A stretch of DNA of 64,000 nt, from assembly GCA_965242965.1 (NCBI GenBank), contig OZ251518.1:1408001-1472000 (forward strand), in the 5' to 3' direction. This stretch comes from Candidatus Poribacteria bacterium (GTDB lineage: Bacteria > Poribacteria > WGA-4E > WGA-3G). Below are positions 47,175 through 58,197 of the stretch, in pieces (position 1 is the first letter of the stretch; each line of letters starts with the position of its first letter). A program made the position numbers and the translations under genes. A model generated the notes under the pieces. It did not search any database. It was not told where the DNA came from and saw only the letters and a list, made by a program, of their open reading frames with translations.

Positions 47175-47786
47175 ATGAAATTCGTATTCGCGCTTATACT
47201 GCTATTCGGGAGCGCGGGGCTTGCATACACAGCGGATGCTCCCGAAAACATCCTCAAGAACGGCGACTTTGACATGAACCTTGAACATTGGGCACCTTGG
47301 ACGCACGAGAGTGCCGACGCGCTCTTCCAACCGGAAGGCAGAAAGGCGGAACCCATCGCTGGGAAGAAAGTCGCCGCTATTGAAATTAAGAAGCCGGGCA
47401 ACGCTCTCTGGCACATTCAATTCTATCAGCAGCCTTTCACGCTGGAGAAGGGCAAGACGTATACCTTCAACCTGTGGGCGAAAAGCGAAATGCCGCGCAC
47501 CGTCAGGATGCGCATCCTCCATCAGGGTGCCCCGTGGAACGAATACGCCGTCAAGGAAATCAATCTGTCTGAAACGTGGCAGGAGTTCTTTGTCACGTTC
47601 AGCATGCCTGAGGACGATTTCAATTCGCGTGCTGGCATCATCATGGGCGGCCAGAAAGGCGATGTCTGGTTAGATCATTTCCGTCTCTATGAAGGCGAGT
47701 TTGCCAGCGACATTGAAGGCGCAGCACCACAAGCAGTCAAACCTACGGGTAAATTGACAACGACGTGGGCATCCTTGAAACTGTAG
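47175..47786 (+). CDS. Secreted CBM4/9-like carbohydrate-binding protein with a C-terminal AVxPxGKLTTTWxxLK motif
   Basis: Signal peptide, NILKNGDF, W.IQ..Q...LEKGKTY, VWLD. Confidence 0.85.
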   Translation: MKFVFALILLFGSAGLAYTADAPENILKNGDFDMNLEHWAPWTHESADALFQPEGRKAEPIAGKKVAAIEIKKPGNALWHIQFYQQPFTLEKGKTYTFNLWAKSEMPRTVRMRILHQGAPWNEYAVKEINLSETWQEFFVTFSMPEDDFNSRAGIIMGGQKGDVWLDHFRLYEGEFASDIEGAAPQAVKPTGKLTTTWASLKL

Positions 47787-47921
47787 GGTGAAGACTCGTG
47801 GGGGACAGGCGTAAAGGACGAGTTCGTGAAGGCTATGTCGTTTTTTCTTGCAAATTCTGGCGCGAAATTGTATCATACCGGCAAGAAATACTATTGATAG
47901 AGGGACATTCACGTTTGCGGG

Positions 47922-48053
47922 CATCGAGACCGGGCGGTCTCGCCTACGGGGAGCAATCGAGACCGGGAGGGCTCTTCTACTGGCATGCATCGAGACCGGG
48001 CGGTCTCGCCTACGGGGACACCACTTGCATCGAGACCGGGAGGTCTCGCCTAC
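47922..48053. repeat. Four tandem A-type REP variants
   Basis: ATCGAGACCGGG(C/A)GG.CTC..CTAC x4. Confidence 0.88.
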
Positions 48054-48079
48054 CGAGAAACATTACTAGAGAGGTAAAC

Positions 48080-48253
48080 ATGCTTGTTGAATTTGAAAAC
48101 CGCTCCGGCGAATTGGAGCAAGCGGACATGGAGATTGACGAACCTTGTCCTATCTGCTGCGGCATGCTCTTCCCGATTGTGGATTCCCAACCCGAAAGTG
48201 GGTATCGGTGTAGCAGCTGCGGACTTGTTTTTGAGTCGGTGGACGAAGAATAG
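48080..48253 (+). CDS. Small zinc-ribbon protein (57 aa)
   Basis: GAGG RBS; CPICC...CSSC. Confidence 0.7.
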   Translation: MLVEFENRSGELEQADMEIDEPCPICCGMLFPIVDSQPESGYRCSSCGLVFESVDEE

Positions 48254-48340
48254 ATAAGCGCGGCACAGCATTTCAGCTGGTAGACGCGCGCCGGTTTATC
48301 GATAATCTGAAAATTGCCAACAACAGAGAGGAATTGAATC

Positions 48341-49324
48341 ATGACAAGATGCGCACTTATCAGCGGCAGAGGAATGGGCATCATGCACGGGGGCAACTTC
48401 CATGCTCATCCCGACGCAGAAGTTGTCGCTGTCTGCGACATGGATGCCGAACTCCTCGCGAAAGCAGAGGAAAAATTTGGCGTACCGGGGTATCCAACGA
48501 TTGAAGCACTCTTAGCTAACTGCGACGCGGAGCTCATGCTCCTCATCGTCAATGAAACCCGGCGCATTCCACCCCTACGGCAACTGCTCGCCGCTGGCAG
48601 GAACGTCTTCACGGAAAAACCGCTGTGTGGATTAGAGGGACAATCTCGGCTGCGTGAGGCAGACCTGGGGATTGCGGCACCCGCTATCAAAGAGTGGCGC
48701 GCCTCCGCACTCAAGTTCGGCATCGATTTTAACTATCGCTTTATGCACCACTTCCGCAAACTGCATGACGATGCAGTGGAAGGAAGATTGGGCGAAATCC
48801 GGACCGTCCGTGCCCGGGCGCATTTCAACTGCTGGTCCCACGTGATCGATCAGATTCTTTGGACGATGGGGGTGCCGGAATGGGTCAGCGTTATCGGTGA
48901 CCCGAGCGAAGCAGGCAGTTGGCAGCGACTTATTCATATAGGCTGGGCAAACGGGGCCATCGGTTCGCTGGATGGCACAAACCTGTGGGGTTACGATGGA
49001 CATCCGTTACGCGTGATGCTCGTCGGCGATAAATCCTACGCCGAGGCGCGGGGACTTGATGGCTGGTACCGCCGCCGGGCATCGAACAGTTCTGAAGAGG
49101 AAGAACTCTGGCAAAGCGAGGAAGGCAAACCGGAGATGCCCGAATCTTTCCGCAGGATGGCAGACGGTGTCATCAAAGCGATGCATGCCGATACCCCGTT
49201 CCCGGCAGATGGCGAAGCGGCGTGGAATGAGTTGCTGTTTGAGGCGGCGGTGCATCGTTCCGCCTTACAAAACGGCGCGCGTGTCTTCCTCGCGGACGTG
49301 GAAGCCGCCGCGATGAGCCTCTAA
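48341..49324 (+). CDS. Gfo/Idh/MocA family oxidoreductase
   Basis: N-terminal Rossmann fold, VVAVCD, VFTEKP, FNYRF, SHVID. Confidence 0.9.
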   Translation: MTRCALISGRGMGIMHGGNFHAHPDAEVVAVCDMDAELLAKAEEKFGVPGYPTIEALLANCDAELMLLIVNETRRIPPLRQLLAAGRNVFTEKPLCGLEGQSRLREADLGIAAPAIKEWRASALKFGIDFNYRFMHHFRKLHDDAVEGRLGEIRTVRARAHFNCWSHVIDQILWTMGVPEWVSVIGDPSEAGSWQRLIHIGWANGAIGSLDGTNLWGYDGHPLRVMLVGDKSYAEARGLDGWYRRRASNSSEEEELWQSEEGKPEMPESFRRMADGVIKAMHADTPFPADGEAAWNELLFEAAVHRSALQNGARVFLADVEAAAMSL

Positions 49325-49347
49325 CATGTTTACAGGAGGAAACGTTC

Positions 49348-52300
49348 ATGAAAACACGTCACTTACGTTTAACGAGTCTGATAGCGTTCGCGCTGTTGCT
49401 GACGATGGCACTGCAAATTCCCGCCGCCGAACGTCTCCACTTCGACCGGGATATTCGCCCGATTTTATCGGATAAGTGCTACGCCTGCCACGGGCCAGAC
49501 CCGGCGCAACGCCAAGCCGAACTCCGGTTGGACACGAAAGAGGGGGCATTCTCAGCACCTAGTGGTTATCCCATCATCGTGCCGGGAGAACCGGAGAATA
49601 GCGAGTTAGTCGCGCGCATCACACACGCAGATGTAGGACAGCGGATGCCGCCGCAGTCATCGAATCGCCAACCAACGCAGGAACAGATTGATACGCTCGT
49701 CCAGTGGATTGCTGAAGGTGCGGAATGGGAGGAGCATTGGGTATATGATTTGCCGGAACACGTCGAATTACCGACAGTTCAAAACAGTGCATGGTCCCGC
49801 AATCCTATTGACAGGTTTATCCTCGCAAGATTGGAAGCCGAAGGACTCAAACCTGCAGTAGAAGCAGACAAACGCACGCTCATCCGCCGACTGAATTTTG
49901 ATCTGACTGGGTTATTGCCACAACCTGCAGAGATAGATCAGTTCGTAAGGGATGAACGCCCCGGGACCTACGACGCACTCGTCAACCGCCTCCTGTCTAA
50001 ACCGCAGTATGGCGAACGGATGGCGATGTATTGGCTCGATCTGGTGCGTTACGCCGATACCAGCGGCTACCACGCTGACGAATCGGTTAACGTCTGGCCC
50101 TATCGTGACTACGTCATTCGCGCCTTTAATGAAAACATGCCGTTTGACCGGTTCACGCTAGAGAATCTCGCCGGCGATCTGCTGCCCAACGCAACGCGAG
50201 AACAGAAAGTGGCATCGGGATACAACCGCCTCAACCAGACTACTTCTGAAGGCGGCGCGCAGGCGAAGGAGTATCTCGCTATCTATGCCGCAGACCGGGT
50301 GCGCACCACGGCATCTGTCTGGCTCGGTGCAACCCTCGGATGCGCACAATGCCATGACCACAAGTTCGACCCTTATACTGCAAAAGACTTTTACAGTTTC
50401 GCAGCCTTCTTCGCTGACGTTGAGGGACCCGGGGTATATGGCGGCGGTAGCAAGTGGGCACCTGTCGTCATGCTCCCTACTGCCGCGCAACAGACTGCAT
50501 TACAAGAGATTGACGACGAACTCGCAAAATTGCGGAAGGTATTTGAAGCATCATCGCCTGCCTTGGAAGCGGAACAAGCACGATGGGAAGCAGAGATTCT
50601 CTCCCTGCTCCCCTCAACAGAACCTGCCGATTTCGCATGGGTAGATGACGCGCAGGACAACGGCGGTAGAACCGATGGTGCATGGGAATTCGTCGGCAAA
50701 CATGAGGCACCCGTTTTCAGCAAGTTACGTTCGCGCCGCCAGACAGCGAAACCGGAACAGACAATTCAGCACAGTTTCCGAGGGGTCAATCGGAAGTTCA
50801 CGCTGGACGAAGAAGACAGGCTCTTCGCCTATGTCTGGCTTGACCCGGGTGCACCGCCAGAAACCCTCATGCTCCAATGGAACGATGGAAATTGGGAACA
50901 TCGTGCATTCTGGGGTGCAGATAAAATTACCTTTGGCGGGATAGGCAAGGATACGCCTGCGCATAAACCGATGGGGCCCCTGCCGGCAGTTGGCGAATGG
51001 GTGCGGCTTGAAGTAGCACCTGCCGATGTGGGATTGGAGCCGGGGAGCGTTCTCAACGGGATGGCGTTCGTCCAGCACGGCGGGACAGCCTATTGGGATG
51101 TAGCCGGTATCGCAACCACGCGCGGCTCGGCAGTGAAACACACCCACACTGAACCTGTCATTGAAGCAATTCAGGTGGATGCCTTCGTCAGAACAACCAG
51201 CCAGAAAAAACAGATTGCCGATGAGTATCGCCGCATCGCACCGGCACTTGACGGTATTCGGAATCAGATAGCCGCATTAGCGCAACAGAAAGCCGCTATT
51301 GAAGCGGAGATTCCCTATTCGTTGACGACCGTCTCGGCTCAACCTCGCACTACTCGTGTGTTGCCGCGCGGGAATTGGATGGACGATTCGGGCGAAATCG
51401 TTGAACCGGCGATACCAGAATTCCTCGGCGATATGAAAATTAAAAACCGCCGGCCCACGCGCCTTGAACTCGCGCAGTGGGTAGTATCAAAGGACAATCC
51501 GTTGACAGCACGCGCCTTTGTGAATCGCCTCTGGGCACTTTTCTTTGGCACGGGGCTCTCCCGCGTTCTCGATGACCTGGGTGCGCAGGGGGAACCGCCG
51601 GTGCATCCTGAATTGCTTGACTGGCTCGCGCTGGAATTCATGGACAGCGGTTGGAATGTCAAGCACATCGTGAAACTCATCGTCACCTCAAACACCTATC
51701 GGCAGTCCTCAAAACCGACAGAGGTGTTGCGCGAACGAGACGCTTACAATCGATTGCTCGCGCGGCAATCCCGCTGGCGGCTTGATGCTGAGGTCGTCCG
51801 CGACACTGCCTTGCAACTGAGTGGGCTTCTTGTCCCCGAAATCGGCGGACCGAGTGTGAGGCCGTATCAGCCAAAAGGATATTATTCAAACCTGAACTTT
51901 CCGAAGCGGACGTACGTCCACGACAGCGGCGAAAGTCAGTATCGTCGCGGGCTGTATACGCATTGGCAACGCACCTTCTTGCATCCGAGTTTGATGGCGT
52001 TTGATGCGCCGAGTCGTCAGGAATGCACGGCGGAACGCCCCACTTCCAACACACCGATGCAGGCGTTGACGCTCCTCAACGATCCGACTTATGTTGAGGC
52101 GGCGCGGGTGTTTGCCACGCGCATTATCAACGAAGGTGGTGAAACGCCGACGGAACGCATTAACTGGGCGTATCAGTGGGCTTTGTCGCGTCTGCCGCAA
52201 CCGGAAGAGTTGGAAATTATGAACGCGCTTTACGAAAAGCACCGAGGCGAATTCACCGCTGAACTTGATGCTGCCGAAACGTTAGTCACAACCGGCGACG

Positions 52301-52398
52301 CTCCCGCAATAGAGGGAGTTGAAATCAATGAACTCGCCGCGTGGACTTCGGTGGCGCGCGTTGTCTTGAATTTGCATGAGACGATTACGCGGTATTAG
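49348..52398 (+). CDS. PSD1 (DUF1553)/DUF1549 and planctomycete cytochrome c domain protein
   Basis: CYACHG, WLDLVRYAD, CAQCHDHKFDP, NPLTARAFVNRLW, HPELLDWLA, QALTLLND. Confidence 0.95.
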   Translation: MKTRHLRLTSLIAFALLLTMALQIPAAERLHFDRDIRPILSDKCYACHGPDPAQRQAELRLDTKEGAFSAPSGYPIIVPGEPENSELVARITHADVGQRMPPQSSNRQPTQEQIDTLVQWIAEGAEWEEHWVYDLPEHVELPTVQNSAWSRNPIDRFILARLEAEGLKPAVEADKRTLIRRLNFDLTGLLPQPAEIDQFVRDERPGTYDALVNRLLSKPQYGERMAMYWLDLVRYADTSGYHADESVNVWPYRDYVIRAFNENMPFDRFTLENLAGDLLPNATREQKVASGYNRLNQTTSEGGAQAKEYLAIYAADRVRTTASVWLGATLGCAQCHDHKFDPYTAKDFYSFAAFFADVEGPGVYGGGSKWAPVVMLPTAAQQTALQEIDDELAKLRKVFEASSPALEAEQARWEAEILSLLPSTEPADFAWVDDAQDNGGRTDGAWEFVGKHEAPVFSKLRSRRQTAKPEQTIQHSFRGVNRKFTLDEEDRLFAYVWLDPGAPPETLMLQWNDGNWEHRAFWGADKITFGGIGKDTPAHKPMGPLPAVGEWVRLEVAPADVGLEPGSVLNGMAFVQHGGTAYWDVAGIATTRGSAVKHTHTEPVIEAIQVDAFVRTTSQKKQIADEYRRIAPALDGIRNQIAALAQQKAAIEAEIPYSLTTVSAQPRTTRVLPRGNWMDDSGEIVEPAIPEFLGDMKIKNRRPTRLELAQWVVSKDNPLTARAFVNRLWALFFGTGLSRVLDDLGAQGEPPVHPELLDWLALEFMDSGWNVKHIVKLIVTSNTYRQSSKPTEVLRERDAYNRLLARQSRWRLDAEVVRDTALQLSGLLVPEIGGPSVRPYQPKGYYSNLNFPKRTYVHDSGESQYRRGLYTHWQRTFLHPSLMAFDAPSRQECTAERPTSNTPMQALTLLNDPTYVEAARVFATRIINEGGETPTERINWAYQWALSRLPQPEELEIMNALYEKHRGEFTAELDAAETLVTTGDAPAIEGVEINELAAWTSVARVVLNLHETITRY

Positions 52399-52451
52399 AG
52401 ATGAATCGGTAGGCGCGGTTTGCAACCGCGCTTCCACAGGAGGGATTACAG

Positions 52452-53885
52452 ATGGCTACAGATACTCATCAAGAAACCAATCTTCGCCTCACGAGGCGCA
52501 CGTTTTTAGGAAAAGCCGTGCGGAGTGTCGGTTCACTCGCGCTGGGCTCCCTGCTGATGCCATCGCTACTCAACGCCGCGCCGAAGATTGAACGATGGCC
52601 CGGCATCATCACGGAACCGCATGTGCAGCCGACAGCAAAACGGGTAATTCACCTCTGCATGGCAGGTGGCCCCTCGCATCTGGAGACGTTGGACTACAAA
52701 CCCAAACTCGCCGAGATGCACGGCAAACCGATGCCGGAGTCGTTCACCAAAGGGCAGCCTATTGCGCAGCTCCAGAATCAGGAGCTCAAATGCCTCGGGC
52801 CGACGCACGAATTCCAAAAGTATGGGAAATCGGGACAGGAGATAAGTTCGGCGTTTCCGCACATCGGAAGCCTTGCCGATGACATTTGCATTGTCCGTTC
52901 CCTGCAAACCGAGCAGATTAATCACGACCCGGCGCATACCTTCATGAATACAGGAACGGTGATTTCCGGAAGACCGAGTATGGGCTCGTGGCTGCTCTAC
53001 GGACTCGGCAGTGAAAACGATAACCTGCCAGGCTACGTCGTGCTCATCTCTTCCGGTGGTGGGCAAGACCAGCCGATTGCGACGCGGCAGTGGCACAGCG
53101 GGTTTTTGCCGGGGCAATTCCAAGGCGTGCAGTTCCATTCAACGGGAGATCCTGTCCACTACGTCGCCAATCCTAGCGGCGTGAACACGGAACAGCAGCG
53201 CGACGTTGTCGATGCCGTGCAGACGCTGAACAGCATGCTTGACGAGACAGTCGATGACCCGGGCATTGCGACGCGCATCAGCCAATATGAGATGGCGTTC
53301 CGAATGCAGACGAGTGTGCCGGAGCTCACTGATATTTCCCAAGAGCCGCAGCATGTCTTGGATATGTATGGCGCGGTGCCAGGCGACGGGTCTTACGCTT
53401 CAAACTGCCTCCTTGCACGGCGGCTCGCTGAGCGCGACGTGCGGTTTATTCAACTCTACCACCGTGGGTGGGACCATCACGGGGGTATCCAAAACGCGAT
53501 TAAAACAACAGCCGGCTATGTGGATAAGGCGACAGCGGCTCTCGTTATGGACTTGAAACAGCGCGGTATGTTGGACGAAACCTTAGTGATATGGGGCGGT
53601 GAATTCGGACGGACCCCGATGGCACAGGGCACCGGGCGCGACCATCACATCCGCGGGTTCTCAATGTGGATGGCAGGCGGCGGTGTCCGGGGCGGCATCA
53701 GTTATGGGAACACCGATGACTTGGGGTATTACGCCGTTGAGAACATCGTGCATGTCCACGATTTCCATGCGACAATGCTACATCTCCTCGGGATCGACCA
53801 CGAGAAACTCACCTACCGCTTCCAGGGGCGGGATTTTCGTTTGACGGACGTGCATGGGCACGTCGTGCGGGATATTTTGGCTTAG
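52452..53885 (+). CDS. DUF1501 family Tat-exported sulfatase-like protein
   Basis: TRRTFL Tat motif, GGPSHLETLD, CLLARRL.E, WDHH, GEFGRTP. Confidence 0.95.
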   Translation: MATDTHQETNLRLTRRTFLGKAVRSVGSLALGSLLMPSLLNAAPKIERWPGIITEPHVQPTAKRVIHLCMAGGPSHLETLDYKPKLAEMHGKPMPESFTKGQPIAQLQNQELKCLGPTHEFQKYGKSGQEISSAFPHIGSLADDICIVRSLQTEQINHDPAHTFMNTGTVISGRPSMGSWLLYGLGSENDNLPGYVVLISSGGGQDQPIATRQWHSGFLPGQFQGVQFHSTGDPVHYVANPSGVNTEQQRDVVDAVQTLNSMLDETVDDPGIATRISQYEMAFRMQTSVPELTDISQEPQHVLDMYGAVPGDGSYASNCLLARRLAERDVRFIQLYHRGWDHHGGIQNAIKTTAGYVDKATAALVMDLKQRGMLDETLVIWGGEFGRTPMAQGTGRDHHIRGFSMWMAGGGVRGGISYGNTDDLGYYAVENIVHVHDFHATMLHLLGIDHEKLTYRFQGRDFRLTDVHGHVVRDILA

Positions 53886-53892
53886 CGTGTTC

Positions 53893-54425
53893 GGTAGGAG
53901 AGACCTCGGGGCTCGATTTTCCGGTAAGAGAGACCTCCCGGTCTCGATGCAATAGGGCGGCGCGCCTACCGGGGCCGCGGCGGGAGAAAGCTCCCGTAAA
54001 AAAACGTTTTTTAGGTCCGTAGGACCTAAGAGACGTTTTTTCATCGTAGCGGGCACGATGGCGAGGGACAGGCCCTCGCCCTACGGTAAAAGGGAGCTTT
54101 TCTCGGCCCGTAGCGCGGGGGCCTGTCCCCCGCGAGCTCCATCGTCCCGATGTGTGTTTCCCCATCTGTAGTTTGTGATCGCCTGATCACAAACGGGTCA
54201 GGATCAGGCGATCCTGACCTACAGGGCCTGGCGCACGGACGATGGCGAGGGACAGGCCCTCGCCCTATGGTGAAAGGGAGTTTTCTCCGCCCGTAGCGCG
54301 GGGGTCTGTCCCCCGCGAGCGTGGGATTACGCGGACAATATTGAGATCGGTAGGGAGCTCATACTGCATCGAGACCAGGAGGTCTCTCCTACGGGGAAAT
54401 TGAGACCAGGAGGTCTCTCCTACCG
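53893..54425. repeat. Mosaic REP array between convergent genes
   Basis: A, B, C and GATCGCC-loop units. Confidence 0.9.
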
Positions 54426-54454
54426 GAAGACATTGATATAAGGAGGACTCTCTC

Positions 54455-55540
54455 CTAAACCCGAAAATCCGGCACCGCCACCGGCATCCCCCCGTTCGCA
54501 ATAGATTCCTCCGAAACTAACCCCGGCACCGTGAAATCCATCGCCGTGTAGACATCTATCGGTGGCACGGAGTCGTTGAGGATGCTGTCCACGAAGTCGC
54601 GCACCTTGAAATACTCGCCTAAATCGCCAGCATGTTCCGCTTCGGCAGGCGGGTTTCTCCACCGTTCCGGCAAGAAATCCGCCTCAAATTCTGAAACTGG
54701 TCTCCACGTTTCAGCAGCCCCCATCTCCGATAACCAGACCTTGGCTTCTGCGCCAAACCCACGCGAACTCTCATAACACCCTTTCGTCCCCTGCAGACTA
54801 AAATAGGAATTCGCCGGACGATTGGAGAGCATGTCAATCCGAATCTTAATCAACCCGCCGCTCTCCGTTTTGCAAAGCATCATCACCGTATCCTCCATCG
54901 CATGCTCGGGGTCTGTGTGAACGCCAGTCCCTAGACAACAGACGCTGATGACGCGCTCATCAAACCACTGTAGCACCGGACCGAGGCTGTGCGTCGCATA
55001 ATTGCACCGATTAATGCCGACTTGCCAGTAGTAACGCCACGTCGGATTGCCGGTCGCGTCGTGATGGAGCGATTTGATGTTGTGGACGTATTCCCCTTCG
55101 CCAAAGTAGACATCGCCGAATAACCCTTGCGCCACCATATTTCGGATGAGCACATTGGCACGGGAATAGCAGGTGTTTTCCGCCATTGTGTATTTGGCGG
55201 AGGCGTTTCGGACAGCGTTCACCAATTGATAGCATTCGTCTAACTTGACAGCCGCGGTCACCTCGCTGATGACATGTTTGCCGGCTTCAAGTGCTTCAAT
55301 TGCCTGCGGCACGTGCAAGTTTTCGGGTGTCGCGAGGACAACCATATCTACCGCGTCCAGCATCTCCGAATAATCCGTGAACCGCCGCCGAATGCCGAAC
55401 CGTTCCGCGATGCTGTGAAGCGTGGCTTCGTTGATGTCGCACACCGCTGTAACCTCGGTTTCGGCTATCGCCGTGAAAGGTTGCACATAAGCACTTCCCC
55501 GGTGCGCGCCGACAATTCCGACTTTCAGTTGATCCGCCAT
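54455..55540 (-). CDS. Gfo/Idh/MocA family oxidoreductase
   Basis: KVGIVG, AVCD, LATP..LH, GKHVISEV, YATHSLGP. Confidence 0.9.
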   Translation of the reverse strand: MADQLKVGIVGAHRGSAYVQPFTAIAETEVTAVCDINEATLHSIAERFGIRRRFTDYSEMLDAVDMVVLATPENLHVPQAIEALEAGKHVISEVTAAVKLDECYQLVNAVRNASAKYTMAENTCYSRANVLIRNMVAQGLFGDVYFGEGEYVHNIKSLHHDATGNPTWRYYWQVGINRCNYATHSLGPVLQWFDERVISVCCLGTGVHTDPEHAMEDTVMMLCKTESGGLIKIRIDMLSNRPANSYFSLQGTKGCYESSRGFGAEAKVWLSEMGAAETWRPVSEFEADFLPERWRNPPAEAEHAGDLGEYFKVRDFVDSILNDSVPPIDVYTAMDFTVPGLVSEESIANGGMPVAVPDFRV

Positions 55541-55759
55541 GTCTGTCTCCTCCCCATGAGTGAAAGAGAGTATAGCAGCGTGTCGGGAATTTATCCACTG
55601 ATTTCCTCTTCCTCGTGGAAAAATCATTTTTTTTTGAATTTTTATGGTACCTTTTGCAGGCAATCAACGTCTATGTGTTTAAAAGCAGGCATATTATCCG
55701 GGACAACGCGGGACTTAGTAGGGGCATCCCCGTTTCCTCTGTTTTCAAAGGAGCAAATC

Positions 55760-55978
55760 ATGAAATATCTCACGTTCATTTGCGCGCTCACGGTGCTCAT
55801 TGCAACCATAGCACCGGCGAAAATCGTTTTTCAATCCCATCGGGATGGTAACGGCGAAATCTATGTGATGGAAGATAATGGCAGCAATACTGGGCCCCGG
55901 GGGCTCTCGCTGTTTCTCCGGCAGACAAATTGGGCACGCAGTGGGGGAAGGTCAAATAAGGAGCTCGGAAAGCGATGA
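55760..55978 (+). pseudogene. Truncated TolB/PD40 beta-propeller protein
   Basis: Signal peptide plus KIVFQSHRDGNGEIYVMEDNGSN (first PD40 blade), then unrelated sequence and a stop at 72 aa. Confidence 0.65.
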
Positions 55979-56754
55979 CAACCCGTAACGCCATAATTGG
56001 CGCGATTCTCCTGACGCTTGTACTAGTGGGCGGAATCTCCTTTTATGCCCACTGGGAACTGAAGCGATTCACGGCATCCCTTCCGATGCCACCGGCAGCG
56101 GTACCGACGCAGGAACATACCGGTACCGAAAAACAGCTGCCAAAAACCGGTGATGTGTCTGTTGACAGCCACTCCGAAACCGAGGCTGTCGTCGATGACA
56201 CAGTTGAACAATTAGCCGATGTCCCTGCTGCGTCGCAGGCGGAGACAGACATCGGTGAAACCGAGAGTGTTCCCTGGCTTGAGGGAACGCCAGCGGAGAT
56301 GCCAATTGAAGCGGGGCGCATTTCGCCGTTTGGGTTTGGGTCTTATCCGGACGTGCCACCAGATTTCCCACTCATCGTCTCTTGGAACCGGCCTGAAGAA
56401 GTGATGGCCAGGTTTAGTGAAGATATCCGAATGAAATTTGAACTCATGGATCGCGTTTTCATTAAACTCTGGAACCAAGGACACACTGCCCTTAGTGGTG
56501 GGACTTTTGAAAACGGATTAGTTTTACCGCTCTATCCAAACACTGCCTATGTCCGCTATGAAGAGGACTGGCAGGAGGAAGAATACGGCGACAGTTATAC
56601 TGTTAACACCCGAATCCTTGCTGACTCTAGCGTTTCGGAGCAGGAAAAGGCACGAATCCGCAAGGGCGAAAAACCTCAAAGGCTCCGCATTCTCGATTTT
56701 GATTTAGATGGGATTAATCCCTATACATTCCTAGAACTACCTGAGTTCAAATGA
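55975..56754 (+). CDS. Membrane-anchored hypothetical protein (paralog of 58198..58947)
   Basis: N-terminal TM helix, acidic linker, VFIKLWNQG...GG...PLYPNT.YVR...GINPY.FL. Confidence 0.8.
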   Translation: MTTRNAIIGAILLTLVLVGGISFYAHWELKRFTASLPMPPAAVPTQEHTGTEKQLPKTGDVSVDSHSETEAVVDDTVEQLADVPAASQAETDIGETESVPWLEGTPAEMPIEAGRISPFGFGSYPDVPPDFPLIVSWNRPEEVMARFSEDIRMKFELMDRVFIKLWNQGHTALSGGTFENGLVLPLYPNTAYVRYEEDWQEEEYGDSYTVNTRILADSSVSEQEKARIRKGEKPQRLRILDFDLDGINPYTFLELPEFK

Positions 56755-56805
56755 GGACTGACAGGGGTTTACTACCCTGCACTCTTCTGAACGGAGGATA
56801 GAACC

Positions 56806-58158
56806 ATGTTGAAAAAGAGAATCGTCACAGTGGCGGTGTTGTGCCTTGTGATGCTCGGCGGCGCGATGTTCTTCCTGCACAACCGGCATCAACCCGGCCA
56901 GAATGAATTCCAGAAACACCTCGATAAACTGCGTTCTCTCTCGGGAAAACTGACACCCGAAGAAAAACAGGTTTATTTCGATACCACGTTGGCCATCATT
57001 GAACTTGAGAAACAGCACCCCCTTTCTCAAGAACAACTTGCCCTGATGGCAGGGCCCCTTCGGGACTTACAGCGTGAAAACCCGGACCTTGTCACGGACT
57101 ATCCGTATGAGGTGCCGCATTCACATCCGACAGATCAGTCGCATCCAACTCAAGAAGAGGTGCAGGCCGAACTTGACAAACTCAATGCTGCTATTGAGGA
57201 AGTTGAGGCATCGGAACTATCACGCGGTGCCAAAGACGCAATGCTCGCTGTCCTGGAACATCGCCGCTATTTCCTGCTGCACCATGAGCGCGACGCAGCG
57301 CGGTTGCAAAGGATGGCAGAGGAACTCATGAAGACGGATCCCGACATGATCGGCTTAGAGCAAGACCTGCTTACCGGTGAGTATACCAAAGTCTATCCGC
57401 ATATGCTGACAGTCTATAGAAAGCGGATCCATCATGCTGATGGCACCGTAGTGGATAGGTGGGTTGGGACATCGTCACATGCCAGCAATCCGGAGATTGG
57501 CGCGGCGATACAGGCCTATCTGGAGGCGTTGGATAGCAAACCGGCTTGGGCACCGCCCCCGGCACCTCCCGCTTACGAGGAATTGCGGTTTTCTGTCGAA
57601 TACGAGGATGTTTATCTCAACGCGGCTGGCGAGAAAATACCCGACGGACAGCTTCAATTACCCGAGCAGTCGGAGGACGCGTCAGAGGCAGATCCCATTG
57701 AAGAGCTTCCGGTATCCCCGGCACCACGAGTGCCTGAAGCGGAGAGCGCATCGTTGCCGGATGCCTTAGAAGAATTAAAGGATTTAGACGATGCCGAAGC
57801 GTTAGAAATGCACAAACTCTTTGAGCAAGTCATGGGTATCCCTCTGGAGCGGTTCTTAGAAATGAGCGATGCAGAAATTGAGGCGGCATTGCGTAACCAA
57901 TTTTCGCCAGACCGCGAAGCAGCCGAGGCTGAACTTGAAAAACAGATTACCTCCCCGGGGACTCACCAACCCGGTGTGTCTTCTGAAGAAGGCTTCAGGG
58001 TCTCCCTTCGCGAACGCTTTTCACCAGAGCGGTTCAACCGTGCGATGCAGACATTGAATCGCTATGGGACTGAAGAAGGCATCCGTCGTCTACAAGCGTC
58101 AGACCCGGAAGTTGCTGAACATGTCACGCGGTTCCTGCGGAGACAACAAGAAGATTGA
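56806..58158 (+). CDS. Membrane-anchored hypothetical protein
   Basis: GGAGG RBS, N-terminal TM helix, acidic helical body. Confidence 0.8.
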   Translation: MLKKRIVTVAVLCLVMLGGAMFFLHNRHQPGQNEFQKHLDKLRSLSGKLTPEEKQVYFDTTLAIIELEKQHPLSQEQLALMAGPLRDLQRENPDLVTDYPYEVPHSHPTDQSHPTQEEVQAELDKLNAAIEEVEASELSRGAKDAMLAVLEHRRYFLLHHERDAARLQRMAEELMKTDPDMIGLEQDLLTGEYTKVYPHMLTVYRKRIHHADGTVVDRWVGTSSHASNPEIGAAIQAYLEALDSKPAWAPPPAPPAYEELRFSVEYEDVYLNAAGEKIPDGQLQLPEQSEDASEADPIEELPVSPAPRVPEAESASLPDALEELKDLDDAEALEMHKLFEQVMGIPLERFLEMSDAEIEAALRNQFSPDREAAEAELEKQITSPGTHQPGVSSEEGFRVSLRERFSPERFNRAMQTLNRYGTEEGIRRLQASDPEVAEHVTRFLRRQQED

Positions 58159-58197
58159 AGTCTGAAAGATACACACTTCCTAAAGGAGGTCTACGTT

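Noticed and set aside
47922-48053. Possible mini-CRISPR
   Set aside because: These are A-type REP variants with ~8-14 nt gaps.
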